Origin: Tubulanus polymorphus
Lineage: Eukaryota; Animalia; Nemertea
Length of the DNA: 64,000 nucleotides
Direction: 5' to 3'
Assembly: GCF_964204645.1 (NCBI RefSeq)
Contig: NC_134028.1
Coordinates: 21,138,345 to 21,202,344, forward strand
How positions within the stretch are numbered: the stretch's first letter is position 1; each line of letters starts with the position of its first letter. This document shows positions 62,343-64,000 of the stretch, piece after piece. The notes below the pieces were generated by a model, which saw nothing but the letters and a program-made list of their open reading frames with translations, did no database searches and was not told where the DNA came from. The translations under genes and the position numbers were made by a program.

Positions 62343-64000
62343 TGATAACGAATTGAATTTAGAACCGGGTTTAATCGAGTAGTAAAGATTGACAGAAACT
62401 AACCGGAAATATAGAGCCTTTGTTTCCGATTAGTTTCTGATCAGTAGCGAATGATTGATGTTTTAACTCCACGTGGAAAAAACTCCGCGGATTTTAAGGC
62501 ATCTCTTTCGGTAGCTAGAATGTAGCCCACCATCTTACACAATTTAGAAACCTACATTCAATGAGAATAATGATCAATGGACGGTTTCTGTTATTTCATT
62601 AAAACTTACAAGCAGAATTTAGAACAAAATTGTTAGAGAATGAATACGAAGAACTTAAAGCTAATGGAGATTTTCGTAAAAGAGCTAATGCGATATTCGA
62701 ATTAAATTCTACTGTAGATAAAGATAGATATGTTACATTGTACATAGTCATCAATAGGTGTATTATTCTGTTTAGGAAGCTACTAAAGATTTGGTTTGAT
62801 TACTATTATGTGGAATCGATTCGCTGTTGAGATCATTGATTGTCGAATATCATTTTGATTTTACCTTCATCTTATCAGTCTCGAATGTCAGATAAAGATT
62901 ATATTAGGTTTCGACTCGTCCGTTGTAGAAATAATCGGTATATATATATATATATATGTGTGATTAGATTTTAAAGTACGGTATACCCATGTGTTAGTCT
63001 CCTATATGCGAGTCCGTTCCGCCCAGTTCAGTTAACTGTAAAGAAAATAAGTTGATTGTAGATTTATGTCAGCAACAGTAGCAGCAGTAGCAGCATCGAC
63101 AAGACTGTGATATACGAGAAAATGATACAGACCCTTAATATCGTGATCACTAGAAGATGTTAATACTTTTACGGCCGGTTTTTATAGATCGGTTTAAGCT
63201 GTGGACTATATCCGATGACCCTGGGGATAAAGAATGTTACACCATGAGCTTTCAAACAACTATCAAATCCCCGAGTAACTCTAGGGTTGAGTAACTTCAC
63301 GGAGCATTCAACTCTGGATGTGTTCCTTGGTGGCCAGTTTGATTGAAGTTAATACTGGTCTTCGGAACGGTTTTCGTGAAATTAAGTCCAATAATGTTAT
63401 TAATGAACAGGTCAATTACAGCGAATATGACCGGTCTTTATTCGACCGGTGAGCTTAATCTGGTCTGTGCGGTTAACTAATAGTCAGCTCTCTAAAACCG
63501 GCCGTTGAGGCCAAACTATTTCCCCCGTTGTACATGTTGTACATTTATTTTTTATCGATCTCATTTCCTGGCGGCGGAGGATTTGACCCAAGCGCGTGAT
63601 CAAATGCCTTTCATTCCATTATCGTCCAAGAAGCGAGTAGTAAATTATACGCGATTCCAATATGGAAATACGATTTCTTCGACCAATTAGCTAGGGACTC
63701 ATTCCTTGTATGGATGTGACATCATATTACATGTACATGAATTAATGGATTATTTTGTGATGTATATTGATTGAATAGCTGTGTACATTTGAAGAGTTAG
63801 AGAAAAAATGAATTTCGTTTTTTTTCTTATTCGAACGATCCCGTTTTCATCCAATTTCATGATAGATGAAGAGCTCGGCTTCAATAACAACATCGATATA
63901 AGAAAACGAAACATTTGAAGAAAGTGGCTATGGAATTTCTAGTTTAATTCGTTACGCTATTGTTGTGTATGATGATTGTTTGTTTTGCTCATATTCCCTC

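Overview
AT-rich (visually <40% GC), intron-rich animal genomic DNA, probably from a lophotrochozoan invertebrate (inferred from gene and tRNA sequences, not proven). Conserved genes: 3' part of glutamate dehydrogenase (+, 8 exons, 4401-9306); complete 21-exon TBL3/UTP13 (-, 10808-21264); a secreted TSP1-TSP1-trypsin protease (-, 40403-48787); a Ca2+-independent-looking tandem-C2 synaptotagmin-like gene (-, 55616-58876); and a crooked-type Ly6/uPAR GPI protein (+, 59820-62342). Four intact tRNA-Glu(CTC) genes, one degenerate copy and many MITEs and satellites are interspersed. The standout is a duplicated cluster of two-exon genes for small secreted 8-Cys peptides (T-C-x2-C-x3-C-x3-C-loop-C-x3/4-C-M-x-C-x2-C): seven peptide exons in three subfamilies (A, B, C). 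B and C appear to be alternative last exons sharing one short leader exon, and paralogues differ mainly by amino-acid-changing substitutions, as in toxin or defence-peptide loci. Side findings: a deleted Gypsy-like LTR element whose twin LTRs carry different microsatellites, an inverted pair of minimal hammerhead ribozyme motifs, and a candidate 15-nt GDH microexon.
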